Part shown: piece by piece, positions 20,390 to 28,185 of the stretch
Layout of the letters: every line of letters starts with the position of its first letter
Position numbering within the stretch: position 1 is the first letter of the stretch
Source of the DNA: an uncultured Gammaproteobacteria bacterium
Lineage (GTDB): Bacteria > Pseudomonadota > Gammaproteobacteria > DRLM01
Assembly (NCBI GenBank): GCA_963729605.1
Contig: CAVSNY010000007.1
Coordinates: 384,001-448,000, forward strand
Reading direction: 5' to 3'
Length of the DNA stretch: 64,000 bases
Made by a program: the position numbers and the translations under genes
The notes under the pieces: generated by a model
What the model was told of the DNA's origin: nothing
What the model saw: only the letters and a program-made list of their open reading frames with translations
Databases searched by the model: none

Positions 20390-21301
20390 TTAGAACGGGA
20401 CGTCGGGTTCCGTTGAGTTCTCCAAGTCAACCAAGTAGATGATCTGAGACGCGCAGACTGCCAGAATGTACTCGGTGACTTCCAGGGTTGCCTTTCCGCC
20501 GCTTGCTCCGCCGTGCCCGACTCCGTCGCCACCACTGCGAAAAGCATAGACACCAGTGAGTGTTTGGCAGATTGCTTTTGGTACCGCAACCTCACTTGTC
20601 GAGCCCAGCCACCGCACAAGATCTCCTAGCGTCGAAGCCTTCGCCACAGGGAAAAGCAGTTTGCCTGCGGCTTCGACAGCGCACACTGCCTCTTTCACTG
20701 CGTTCTCATAGTCAGGGCTCGATGGGTGACGAAAGAACTGAAGAGCCTTGTCGAAGTGCTTTCGGGCGCTCAGCAATCGGGAGTCACCGAGAACTACTTG
20801 TGACCTGGCAACTAGTTCAACTGTGTGCCTCCGCCCGCGCCTTCGAACCACTCCATCTGTGAACTCGTATGCGAGGCCTTCTTCAAGGAACAGCCTCTGA
20901 AGTTCGGCCGCGATGTATGACTGCATGTCTCCACGAGCGACCTGGACGTTGTAGTTGCCGTATTGATCTTCGTGCCCAAGCTCCTTGGGCAGATGGGCGT
21001 ACAGACGCTCGCAGAAGTCATAGACCTTCGCCCAGTCGATGCTTTCGAGCGCAGCTTCGGCGTCAGCTCTGGCCTGCTTAAGACTCGACAGCGATGATGG
21101 GTCATAGGTAGTGAGTGGTAGCCGACCGATGCGATTCAGCTCCCGCGCGGCCACTGTCCAGTCGGGCAAGTATCGACGGTCAACGAGGTCAAACAGCAGA
21201 TGTAGCAGGCCACTCCTCGCCGAGCGAGGAAAGTCGGCATCAATCTGCCGGTACCGCCCCTTAGTTCGAGCCGAGAACGGAGGTTGTGGTGGTGAGGTCA
21301 T
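20390..21301 (-). CDS. AbiJ-like protein (AbiJ-NTD4-type N-terminus plus HEPN-like C-terminus), candidate defence cassette
   Basis: PFSAR, WAKVYDFCE, LQRLFLEEGLAYEF, ENAVKEAVCAVEA, RSGGDGVGH; recognised by eye. Confidence 0.65.
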   Translation of the reverse strand: MTSPPQPPFSARTKGRYRQIDADFPRSARSGLLHLLFDLVDRRYLPDWTVAARELNRIGRLPLTTYDPSSLSSLKQARADAEAALESIDWAKVYDFCERLYAHLPKELGHEDQYGNYNVQVARGDMQSYIAAELQRLFLEEGLAYEFTDGVVRRRGRRHTVELVARSQVVLGDSRLLSARKHFDKALQFFRHPSSPDYENAVKEAVCAVEAAGKLLFPVAKASTLGDLVRWLGSTSEVAVPKAICQTLTGVYAFRSGGDGVGHGGASGGKATLEVTEYILAVCASQIIYLVDLENSTEPDVPF

Positions 21302-21311
21302 AGGTTCTGCG

Positions 21312-21344
21312 GCCTAACGTTTCGAGTGAATGCGATTGTTATGC
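21312..21344 (-). other. internally deleted attC (33 bp)
   Basis: Minus strand: GCATAAC AATCGCATTCACTCGAAAC GTTAGGC between two cassette ORFs. Confidence 0.75.
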
Positions 21345-21345
21345 G

Positions 21346-22086
21346 TCATTTGCTCACCTGTCGAAGCTTTTCGGCCAATTTTCTGACCATTACCTCGATG
21401 CCTTCGCCGTTCGGCAAGTACTTCAAAATGCGGTGGTGCGCCATATCAAACGGAACATCATCGAGTGACTGGGAAATCGGAATCACATGTTTGCCGAGAG
21501 TGTGGGCGATGCCAGTCTCGTACATCACGTTGGGGTTCTTTCCTGTGAAGTCTACTACTACCACGTGAGTCCTGAAGATCAGGTTGAAGATATCTTGAAT
21601 AACCGTGCTCTCTTCCCATATGTCGTCGACCCGAAGACACCGATATCCAGCCGCGCTGCAAGCGCGGCGAATTCCTTCATGCACCGTATTGAATGCTGCA
21701 TTGAATGGCATCATGACTGCCACCAAGTCGGTTTCGATAGCTGTGTTCTCAGGAACCTGAAAAACGTTTGGAGCGAAGGTAATCTTGCGCTCTGATGGTT
21801 TGGCGGAGATGAACTGGCTTTCTTCCGGGTATTTCTCTGCCACGTGTTTCTCAAAGATCGCGAAAGCTTTCTCGTCTTGCTCGGCAATGCGCTTAATTAT
21901 CGTGAGTGCGTTCCCTGCGTAGTCCTCGTCGCCCCAAGAGAGACTCCGCAAAAGGCGGGGGTGCCTTGAAATTAGCTCGGAATATCCAGTAAGAAGACCA
22001 ACTTCTTCCCAGTCTCCGGCGTCAAAATCCGCGACCACACGTTCCCGTAATGCGAGGATTCTTTTCCCAAGATCGTAACCTACCAT
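21346..22086 (-). CDS. TIR-like / nucleoside 2-deoxyribosyltransferase-like domain protein, candidate defence cassette
   Basis: VMMPF, RVDD, VVVDFTGKNPNVMYETGIAH, VPFD; N-terminal HPRLLRSLSWGDEDY domain. Confidence 0.7.
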   Translation of the reverse strand: MVGYDLGKRILALRERVVADFDAGDWEEVGLLTGYSELISRHPRLLRSLSWGDEDYAGNALTIIKRIAEQDEKAFAIFEKHVAEKYPEESQFISAKPSERKITFAPNVFQVPENTAIETDLVAVMMPFNAAFNTVHEGIRRACSAAGYRCLRVDDIWEESTVIQDIFNLIFRTHVVVVDFTGKNPNVMYETGIAHTLGKHVIPISQSLDDVPFDMAHHRILKYLPNGEGIEVMVRKLAEKLRQVSK

Positions 22087-22104
22087 TGCGTTGACCTATT
22101 TAGC

Positions 22105-22131
22105 GCATAGCTTAAAGTAGACATCCTAATT
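22105..22131 (-). other. attI-like site, internal copy
   Basis: Minus strand TGTCTAC-TTTAA-GCTATGC (GTT>GCT); homologous to 28057-28083; GCTATGCG matches cassette end CGCATAAC. Confidence 0.7.
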
Positions 22132-22173
22132 GACGCCTTATAAAGCGTCATCACGTGTTCTAAATCTTTTCCC

Positions 22174-22202
22174 ATGGTAAAAGTGTCCTGTACTATCAGC
22201 AA
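22174..22202 (-). promoter_or_regulatory. Pc-like sigma70 promoter facing cassettes
   Basis: TTGCTG-N17-TACCAT; hexamers identical in the 28126-28154 copy. Confidence 0.6.
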
Positions 22203-22233
22203 GAAAATAAAATTTAGGGTGTGCTAATTAGAA

Positions 22234-22308
22234 ATGGCTAATACGGCAGATCATCCACCCAAGCTGCTCGATCAGGTGCGGGCGAAGATTCGCCTTAAGC
22301 ATTGCAGC
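22234..22308 (+). pseudogene. intI: integron integrase 5' fragment, internal copy
   Basis: MANTADHPPKLLDQVRAKIRLKH, then truncated by a REP doublet. Confidence 0.85.
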
Positions 22309-22311
22309 TCG

Positions 22312-22421
22312 GTAGGGCGGATGCGTGCAGCACGATCCGCCGGATGTGAGCGCCGCGGCTGCATTCCTAACCTATCCTGCCAAAGCCATGCGGCGGAACG
22401 CCCTTTGGGCTTCCGCCCTAC
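22312..22421. repeat. GTAG REP doublet, second family, copy 2
   Basis: GTAGGGCGGATGCGTGC...TTCCGCCCTAC; both copies preceded by GCAGCTCG. Confidence 0.85.
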
Positions 22422-22429
22422 GATCTACA

Positions 22430-22498
22430 GCCTCAAGCGCCGATGAGCTGTGCCGAAGCGCGCAGCGCGGAGGCGTCCGCTCTATTGGCTGGTTAAGC
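22430..22498 (-). other. attC site with damaged R' end
   Basis: Minus strand GCTTAAC CAGCCAATAGAGCGGACGCCTCCGCGCTGCGCGCTTCGGCACAGCTCATCGGC; cassette start GTTAGGCATCTG is complementary to end CAGATGCTTAAC at 11/12 positions. Confidence 0.75.
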
Positions 22499-23287
22499 AT
22501 CTGCTCGGGCCCGGACGTACAGTACCTTATGGTTGGATCCCGGTGCTGCGCGCTCTTCTGTGAGAAACAGATCTGGGCGCCCTTTCACTAGATCGGACAA
22601 TTTTTTATAGCCGTAAAGCCTTGAGTCGAAGTCTGGCTGAATCTTTTGCAGGTAGCTACCAAATGTTGCAAGGTGCGACCATCCGGTGTCGTCTACCGAT
22701 TTATCCAGGGCCTCCATTAGGAATTCTCGTGGGAATTCTGTCTGTACTTCCGGTGCTGGCTTCTGCGTTTCGACTCGCGCTTCTTCTTGCTTTTTGACCT
22801 TGCCGGAAGATTTCTTTACTTCGACTTTGGTTGTCGTTTGCAGCACTTCAGTGAATACGAACTTGTGGCACGCATTCCGAAATGCTTCCGGTGTCTTCCT
22901 TTCTCCGAATCCGTACACCAGAAGCCCTTCTTCGCGAAGCCTTACCGCGAGTCCTGTGAAATCACTGTCACTCGTTACAAGACAGAACCCGTCAAATCGC
23001 CGGGTGTATAAAAGGTCCATTGCGTCGATGATCATCGTACTATCGGTCGCGTTCTTGCCGGTTGTATATGCGAACTGCTGGACCGGCTTTATGGAATGCT
23101 TGTTTAGGCATTTCTTCCAAGACGCGCTGGTAGGCACGGTGAAGTCGCCGTAGATTCTTTTAACAGTGGCTTCGCCGAATCGAGCTACCTCCTCAAGGAG
23201 GGCTTCGATCACTGCCGCCTGTGCGTTGTCGGCATCGATTAACACAGCAAGGCGCTTCAGAGTCACGTCGGATTGCTGGTGTTCCAT
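22493..23287 (-). CDS. NYN (LabA/DUF88) domain protein with OST-HTH (cassette)
   Basis: LAVLIDADN, GKNATD, SDSDF, PDFDSRLYGYKKLSDL. Confidence 0.9.
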   Translation of the reverse strand: MEHQQSDVTLKRLAVLIDADNAQAAVIEALLEEVARFGEATVKRIYGDFTVPTSASWKKCLNKHSIKPVQQFAYTTGKNATDSTMIIDAMDLLYTRRFDGFCLVTSDSDFTGLAVRLREEGLLVYGFGERKTPEAFRNACHKFVFTEVLQTTTKVEVKKSSGKVKKQEEARVETQKPAPEVQTEFPREFLMEALDKSVDDTGWSHLATFGSYLQKIQPDFDSRLYGYKKLSDLVKGRPDLFLTEERAAPGSNHKVLYVRARADA

Positions 23288-23480
23288 ACGCGTTTTCCTC
23301 TAATTCAGATGCCTAACGTAAAGTTAAAAAGCGATAAATAAGGCTGCCCCCGTTTTGTGCCGAGTATTGAAACAAATCCCATCCGGCGCAATACGCACTA
23401 CGCACGCTGGCTAAGAGTTGCCTCATCCGTCGTCGCGGAAGGGGGGGCGGGCCTCTGCACCGTTTCCGTCAAACGCCATA

Positions 23481-24551
23481 TTACGGCGTCAGCGCGAGGA
23501 ACAAGAAGGCCGCGAAGATCACCAAATGAACGGCGCCCTGCATCATGTTGGTCCGGCCGGTGCCCAGCGCGATTGCGCCGACCACGAAGCTCAGCGTCAG
23601 CAGCACGATATCCTTCGGCTCGAGGCCGAGCAGCAGCGGCATATCGAACCACACGGAGACGGTCACCACCACCGGGATGGTGAGTCCGATGCTCGCCAGC
23701 GCGGAGCCCAGCGCGAGATTGAGGCTGGTCTGCAGGCGGTTGGCCAGCGCCGCCCGCACCGCGGCCCAGCTCTCGGGCATCAGGACGATCATGGCGATGA
23801 CGATGCCGATCACCGTCTGCGGCGCGCCAGCCGCCGACACCACCGCCTCGATGCTCGGCGACAGCGCCTTGGCAAGGCCCACCACGCTGACCAGCGATAC
23901 CACGAGCAGCGCGAAGCTCCCCCAGCTTTTCGCGAGCGAAGGCGGGGGCGCGTGCGCCTCCTCGTTCGAACGATCGGCCGCCGGCAGGAAGAAGTCGCGA
24001 TGCCGCACCGTCTGGAAGAAGATGAACACGCACCACAGCACCAGCGAAGAACAGGCCACGAACGCGAGCTGTGACGTCGAGTAGCTGCCGCCCGGTGTGC
24101 TGGTGGTGAACACCGGCATCACCAGCGACAGCGTGGCCAGTGCCACCAGGGCCGCGAACGCGGGCCCCGTGCCCTCGATGCGGAACGACTGCTGGTGATG
24201 ACGCAGCCCGCCGAGCAGCAGACAGATGCCGACCACGCCGTTGCAGATGATCATGATGGTCGCGAAGATGGTGTCGCGCGCGAGCGGTGCTTTCTCCGGC
24301 CCGCCGGCCAGCATGATCGACACGATGAGCGCGACCTCGATCACGGAGATGGCGAGGGCGAGCACCAGCGTGCCGAAAGGCTCGCCCACGCGATGGGCCA
24401 CGACCTCGGCGTGATGCACCGCGGCGATGACGGCGGCGACGAGCGCCGCGGCCGCGGCGGCGGTGAGGAGGGTGTCCATGGGCAGCCAGAGCGTCATCGC
24501 CAGCAGGGCCGCGGCGACAGGCGGAACGGCGTAGGGCCAGAATTTCATCAT
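23481..24551 (-). CDS. chaA: Ca2+/H+ antiporter (ChaA family)
   Basis: HHAEVVAHRVGEPFGTL, LGSALASIGLTIP. Confidence 0.9.
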   Translation of the reverse strand: MMKFWPYAVPPVAAALLAMTLWLPMDTLLTAAAAAALVAAVIAAVHHAEVVAHRVGEPFGTLVLALAISVIEVALIVSIMLAGGPEKAPLARDTIFATIMIICNGVVGICLLLGGLRHHQQSFRIEGTGPAFAALVALATLSLVMPVFTTSTPGGSYSTSQLAFVACSSLVLWCVFIFFQTVRHRDFFLPAADRSNEEAHAPPPSLAKSWGSFALLVVSLVSVVGLAKALSPSIEAVVSAAGAPQTVIGIVIAMIVLMPESWAAVRAALANRLQTSLNLALGSALASIGLTIPVVVTVSVWFDMPLLLGLEPKDIVLLTLSFVVGAIALGTGRTNMMQGAVHLVIFAAFLFLALTP

Positions 24552-24764
24552 TGACCGGCTTTCGGTGCTAAAAGGCCAAGCCGGGCTCGCGGCCCGGCGG
24601 AGTTGATACGAGTACGGCGCAGAGACATGGTTGGTAACGTTATTGTTGGTGATGCCGGTAATAGTTGTATCACACTTGGCGGCGTCGATGCCGGGCAATG
24701 CGCAATGAGCGGCATCTTCCTCAGGCGGTCTTGCCGTGGCGAGCCTCGTTTGCCGCGGCCGGCG

Positions 24765-25241
24765 CTACGGTTTCGGTGTGTCGACGATGTCCACCACCAG
24801 CGCGCGCACCTTGGCCCCGCTGGTATTCTCCCACCAATGGGTGACGCCGGTCTTCTCGAATGCGACATCGCCGACTACGCGCGTGATCGGACTGGCAGCG
24901 TCGTTGCGGTGCTCGACGATCTCGCCCTCCAGGATATAGGCGGCGCCGGGTCGGGCGTCGTGCTGATGCACGGCGATGACGCCGCCCGGCAATATCGTGA
25001 TCTCCCGCACCCGCAGCTCTTTGCCCTCCATCCCGGCGAATTCGGATGCGAGCGCCACGCCGCCGAGGCGGACGACCGAGGCGATGCCGGTGTTCTGCGT
25101 GGGGCCTTGCGCCGCCTGCTCTTGCGCTATCGCCCTTTCCCCTGCGGGGACCACGCCTTTGTCCTCGTGGGCGTACGCCGTACCGCACGCCAAGCAGAGG
25201 CTCAGCGATAAGAGCATCCTGAAACCGTTATCGAACGCCAT
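24765..25241 (-). CDS. exported cupin-domain protein
   Basis: PGGVIAVHQH, YILEGEIVE, THWWEN. Confidence 0.82.
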   Translation of the reverse strand: MAFDNGFRMLLSLSLCLACGTAYAHEDKGVVPAGERAIAQEQAAQGPTQNTGIASVVRLGGVALASEFAGMEGKELRVREITILPGGVIAVHQHDARPGAAYILEGEIVEHRNDAASPITRVVGDVAFEKTGVTHWWENTSGAKVRALVVDIVDTPKP

Positions 25242-25355
25242 GAATATTTCCTTGCTTAAAGTCCATTATTGGCCGCGCATCACCGCCCCCCCGATCCACT
25301 TCACGCTGGGGGCGTCCTGCCCAGACCCGATGGTTCGCCTTCTGACACAAAAATT

Positions 25356-25514
25356 GGGACAGATTTATTTTATGCCCAGTCAATCACAAACTCTACGCAT
25401 TTGGCGCAGCTTTTCGCGGGCCTATCGGATCCGCGCTTTTCAATCCGCCTTCTACTATTTCCTCCACCTTGCCTACGAAAGATACTCTTCCAAAGAGACG
25501 AATAAATCTGTCCC
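25356..25514. mobile_element. MITE-like element with GGGACAGATTTATT terminal inverted repeats, copy 1
   Basis: GGGACAGATTTATT...AATAAATCTGTCCC; interior homologous to 25816-25983. Confidence 0.75.
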
Positions 25515-25551
25515 CCATTTTGCTCTGGCCCACTGTCGCGATTTAATGCTG

Positions 25552-25785
25552 CTACTTCCGTGTTGGCATTGCCTCCTGGGCTCCCTGGTACCAAGTCCGC
25601 ACCAGAGCAAGAAGCGCCGAACCAGTAACCATGCCCAGGAAGTAGACGCCGAAGAGGAGTATAGAGAGGGGCAATGTTAGCGACGCGGTAGCGAAGTTTA
25701 CGGTAACGCTTTCGATGTTTTGAACCTTAAACATCGCGACCACCAGCGTAACCCCAAGAATTAACGCAAGATATAAGTAACGCAT
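25552..25785 (-). CDS. LapA (lipopolysaccharide assembly A)-like small membrane protein
   Basis: FKVQNIESVTVNF, LPLSILL...LGMVTG; AGGAG RBS. Confidence 0.75.
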   Translation of the reverse strand: MRYLYLALILGVTLVVAMFKVQNIESVTVNFATASLTLPLSILLFGVYFLGMVTGSALLALVRTWYQGAQEAMPTRK

Positions 25786-25815
25786 TTCGAAGATCTCCTT
25801 CTCTATACAAAAATT

Positions 25816-25983
25816 GGGACACACAAAAATTAGGGGGGCCTCAGATTTATTTTATTCTATCGTCAATCACAAACTACTACGCATTTGGCGCAGCCTTTTG
25901 CGGCCTGCCGGGTGCGCGCTTCCTACTATCTTCCACCTTGCCCACGAAAGATGCTCCTTCAAAGAGATAAATAAATCTGTCCC
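25816..25983. mobile_element. MITE-like element, copy 2 (left end disrupted)
   Basis: CAGATTTATT...AATAAATCTGTCCC, direct repeat of copy 1. Confidence 0.75.
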
Positions 25984-26015
25984 GGGTTTTTTCGCGGCTG
26001 CATGGCGCGCGTCCG

Positions 26016-26189
26016 AGCCCGCGTAGGGCGCAATAACCGAAGGGCATTGCGCCGAATGTTAATCGTCTACACCATACTGCCCTCTTCACCGCCAGCTCAA
26101 TCGAGCGGATACACGCCTTATGGCATCAGTGTATCGTGACAATCGACATCCTGCGCAATGCCCTTCGGTTATTGCGCCCTACGCGGGCT
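26016..26189. repeat. GTAG REP doublet (REPIN), same family as 1-88
   Basis: AGCCCGCGTAGGGCGCAATAACCGAAGGGCATTGCGCC ... GCGCAATGCCCTTCGGTTATTGCGCCCTACGCGGGCT. Confidence 0.88.
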
Positions 26190-26946
26190 ATCGCTCCTCA
26201 TTTATCGAATTTGATATGGAACTTAAACTGAGAGCATTGTTTTTGCGTTGAGCTACTGCGACAAGGAATAGGAAAGTCACTGCTACGCCCACAAGCGCTG
26301 CAGGAATACTTTTAGAGGCAGCGCTCATAGCCGATGCCGATGGGCCCGACATTATCAAGGCCGTGACGAAGGCGATTAACCATGCAAAAAGAAATCCCGC
26401 AAATTGTGCGCCCCGCGTGATATTGAATCGTTTCACGAAGAGCAAGGCAACCAAATAAAAAATTAGCGTGGCAGGAAGTAATTCGGCAGCCAGCATCACC
26501 GCGGCCATATAGTTAATCCGCGTGGCGGGTTGTGGATTAACATTGCTAGGCGGTTCTGGGGAGGTATTAACAAGTAACTTTGTTTCGGCGTCGAACGAAG
26601 CTCGCATGGCTTTTTGTTCGCCAAGAGGGACGCAGGGCGCAATGAAGTCTTCAAAGTACTTATTGCGGAGAATCTCCTTTTGTTCGGTGGACAATGCTTG
26701 CACGGTGGGCAATCTAACTACGCCTTCCCAGTTGTCGGGAAAGTCAGTTGCTGTTTTGGCTCGTAGTCCTTCTTTGCATTGCATATAGGCGGCGTGTGCT
26801 TCTAACGTTCTGAATTTGAATTGCTCGCCATATGCCATGTCCGGAGTCACGAAAGCAACTGTCCAAATAATGGCAACAGCAATCTTGACGACATCCACAG
26901 AAGATGAGTCGATCCATCGACGCCTTTGGTTGTATATCTGATTCAT
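26188..26946 (-). CDS. hypothetical membrane protein (cassette)
   Basis: Low-GC ORF starting just after attC with GGAGG RBS; 3 C-terminal TM; stop overlaps the REP end. Confidence 0.7.
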   Translation of the reverse strand: MNQIYNQRRRWIDSSSVDVVKIAVAIIWTVAFVTPDMAYGEQFKFRTLEAHAAYMQCKEGLRAKTATDFPDNWEGVVRLPTVQALSTEQKEILRNKYFEDFIAPCVPLGEQKAMRASFDAETKLLVNTSPEPPSNVNPQPATRINYMAAVMLAAELLPATLIFYLVALLFVKRFNITRGAQFAGFLFAWLIAFVTALIMSGPSASAMSAASKSIPAALVGVAVTFLFLVAVAQRKNNALSLSSISNSINEER

Positions 26947-26961
26947 GGTAGCCTCCAAAAC

Positions 26962-27033
26962 CCCTAATGACAAAGCTCACCTGCCGCGCAGGAGCGCAGC
27001 GACGGAGAGGTCAGGTGAAGTGCCGTATTAGGC
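26962..27033 (-). other. attC site with mutated core triplets
   Basis: Minus strand GCCTAAT ACGGCACTTCACCTGACC...CGCTGCGCTCC...GGCAGGTGAGCTTTGTC ATTAGGG. Confidence 0.8.
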
Positions 27034-27903
27034 TTAGAATTCAGCTTCTGACAACCCAAACGTTTGCATGTTGCCATTTTGCACCTTATATAAAGTCATC
27101 GTGATATTGCTGTATTGAACACCGTCGTGTGTCTGTATTTCTTCAAGAGCAAATGCTTCCGAGCGTGCGAGTCCACCATTGTTCAAATCTCGATAGCGAA
27201 TGTCATAGTTTCCCGCAGCAACCTTGTTCAAGGTAAAACTATCAAATGCAGGGATGTAAAATTGGCGGACTGGATAAGCCTCAGCACTGCCCAACGATAC
27301 TAGCTTCACAAATACGTCAGAATCATTACGGCTGTTATCTATCTTTACTGTCGAGAGACCATCCGCGTGAAGTTTTTTATAGCCTTTGATATAGCCAGCA
27401 GATGTAGGCCAAGGCTGCCCATTTGGCGCTGTATATGGCCTTACGTATTCTTGTCGAACTGGTGCTGGCTCTGCATTGTAAGGTTTTGGGCCGGGTGGTG
27501 GCAGACTTGGATTGTCGGTTGCCCAGACCCATAAAAAGAAAACAGCTATTCCATATAGAGCCCAGTATCTGAAAATGTGAGCAAGGATTCCCCCAGTATT
27601 TTTTGGAAGAGGTGGTTGAGTCGGCGTGGTCTGTGGCGCTGGGCCTGATTTTCTATTGGTGTTATCCGTTTGAGCTCCACCTAACTCTTGTTGCGCTATC
27701 CATTGATCATGCTCCTTGCGTTTACCTGGGTCTGACAGCGCCTCATATGAGGCATTTATTATTGCCATAATACGAGCTGCTTCTGCGTTGCCTTGGTTTT
27801 TATCAGGGTGATACTTCTGAGATAACGTTTTGTATGCGGCGCGAATGACCTCAATTGGGGCGTTACGCGCGACTTTAAGATTGTCATAATGTGTGCGAAT
27901 CAT
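27034..27903 (-). CDS. J-domain (DnaJ-like) membrane protein, first cassette at attI
   Basis: THYDNLKV, YHPDKN, INASYEALSDP; one TM; C-terminal beta-rich domain. Confidence 0.85.
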   Translation of the reverse strand: MIRTHYDNLKVARNAPIEVIRAAYKTLSQKYHPDKNQGNAEAARIMAIINASYEALSDPGKRKEHDQWIAQQELGGAQTDNTNRKSGPAPQTTPTQPPLPKNTGGILAHIFRYWALYGIAVFFLWVWATDNPSLPPPGPKPYNAEPAPVRQEYVRPYTAPNGQPWPTSAGYIKGYKKLHADGLSTVKIDNSRNDSDVFVKLVSLGSAEAYPVRQFYIPAFDSFTLNKVAAGNYDIRYRDLNNGGLARSEAFALEEIQTHDGVQYSNITMTLYKVQNGNMQTFGLSEAEF

Positions 27904-28056
27904 TCGACTGCCAGTTGCGTGTTGATAGTGTGTTCGTGCCCGCTCTTTTTCTTTCTCACTTGATGCGCAAAAAAATAAATACCACAATCACATCTCATTG
28001 CTGACGGTGAATTTATCAAACCGCAATGTGGGCACACTATGCTCATTTCTTGTCAA

Positions 28057-28083
28057 GCCTAACTTAAAGTAGACATCCTAATT
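28057..28083 (-). other. attI-like site
   Basis: Minus strand TGTCTAC-TTTAA-GTTAGGC upstream of and divergent from intI; GTTAGGC matches cassette end GCCTAAT. Confidence 0.75.
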
Positions 28084-28125
28084 AACGCCTTATAAGGCGT
28101 CATCACGTGTTCTGAATTTTTCCCC

Positions 28126-28154
28126 ATGGTAAAAGTATCCTTTAGTCTCAGCAA
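28126..28154 (-). promoter_or_regulatory. Pc-like sigma70 promoter
   Basis: TTGCTG-N17-TACCAT. Confidence 0.6.
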
Positions 28155-28185
28155 GAGAATAAAATTTAGGGCGCCCTAATTAGAA

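Noticed and set aside
22188-22203. Possible LexA box upstream of the internal intI (CTGTACTATCAGCAAG)
   Set aside because: Right half-site is not ACAG and the motif is absent from the other head.
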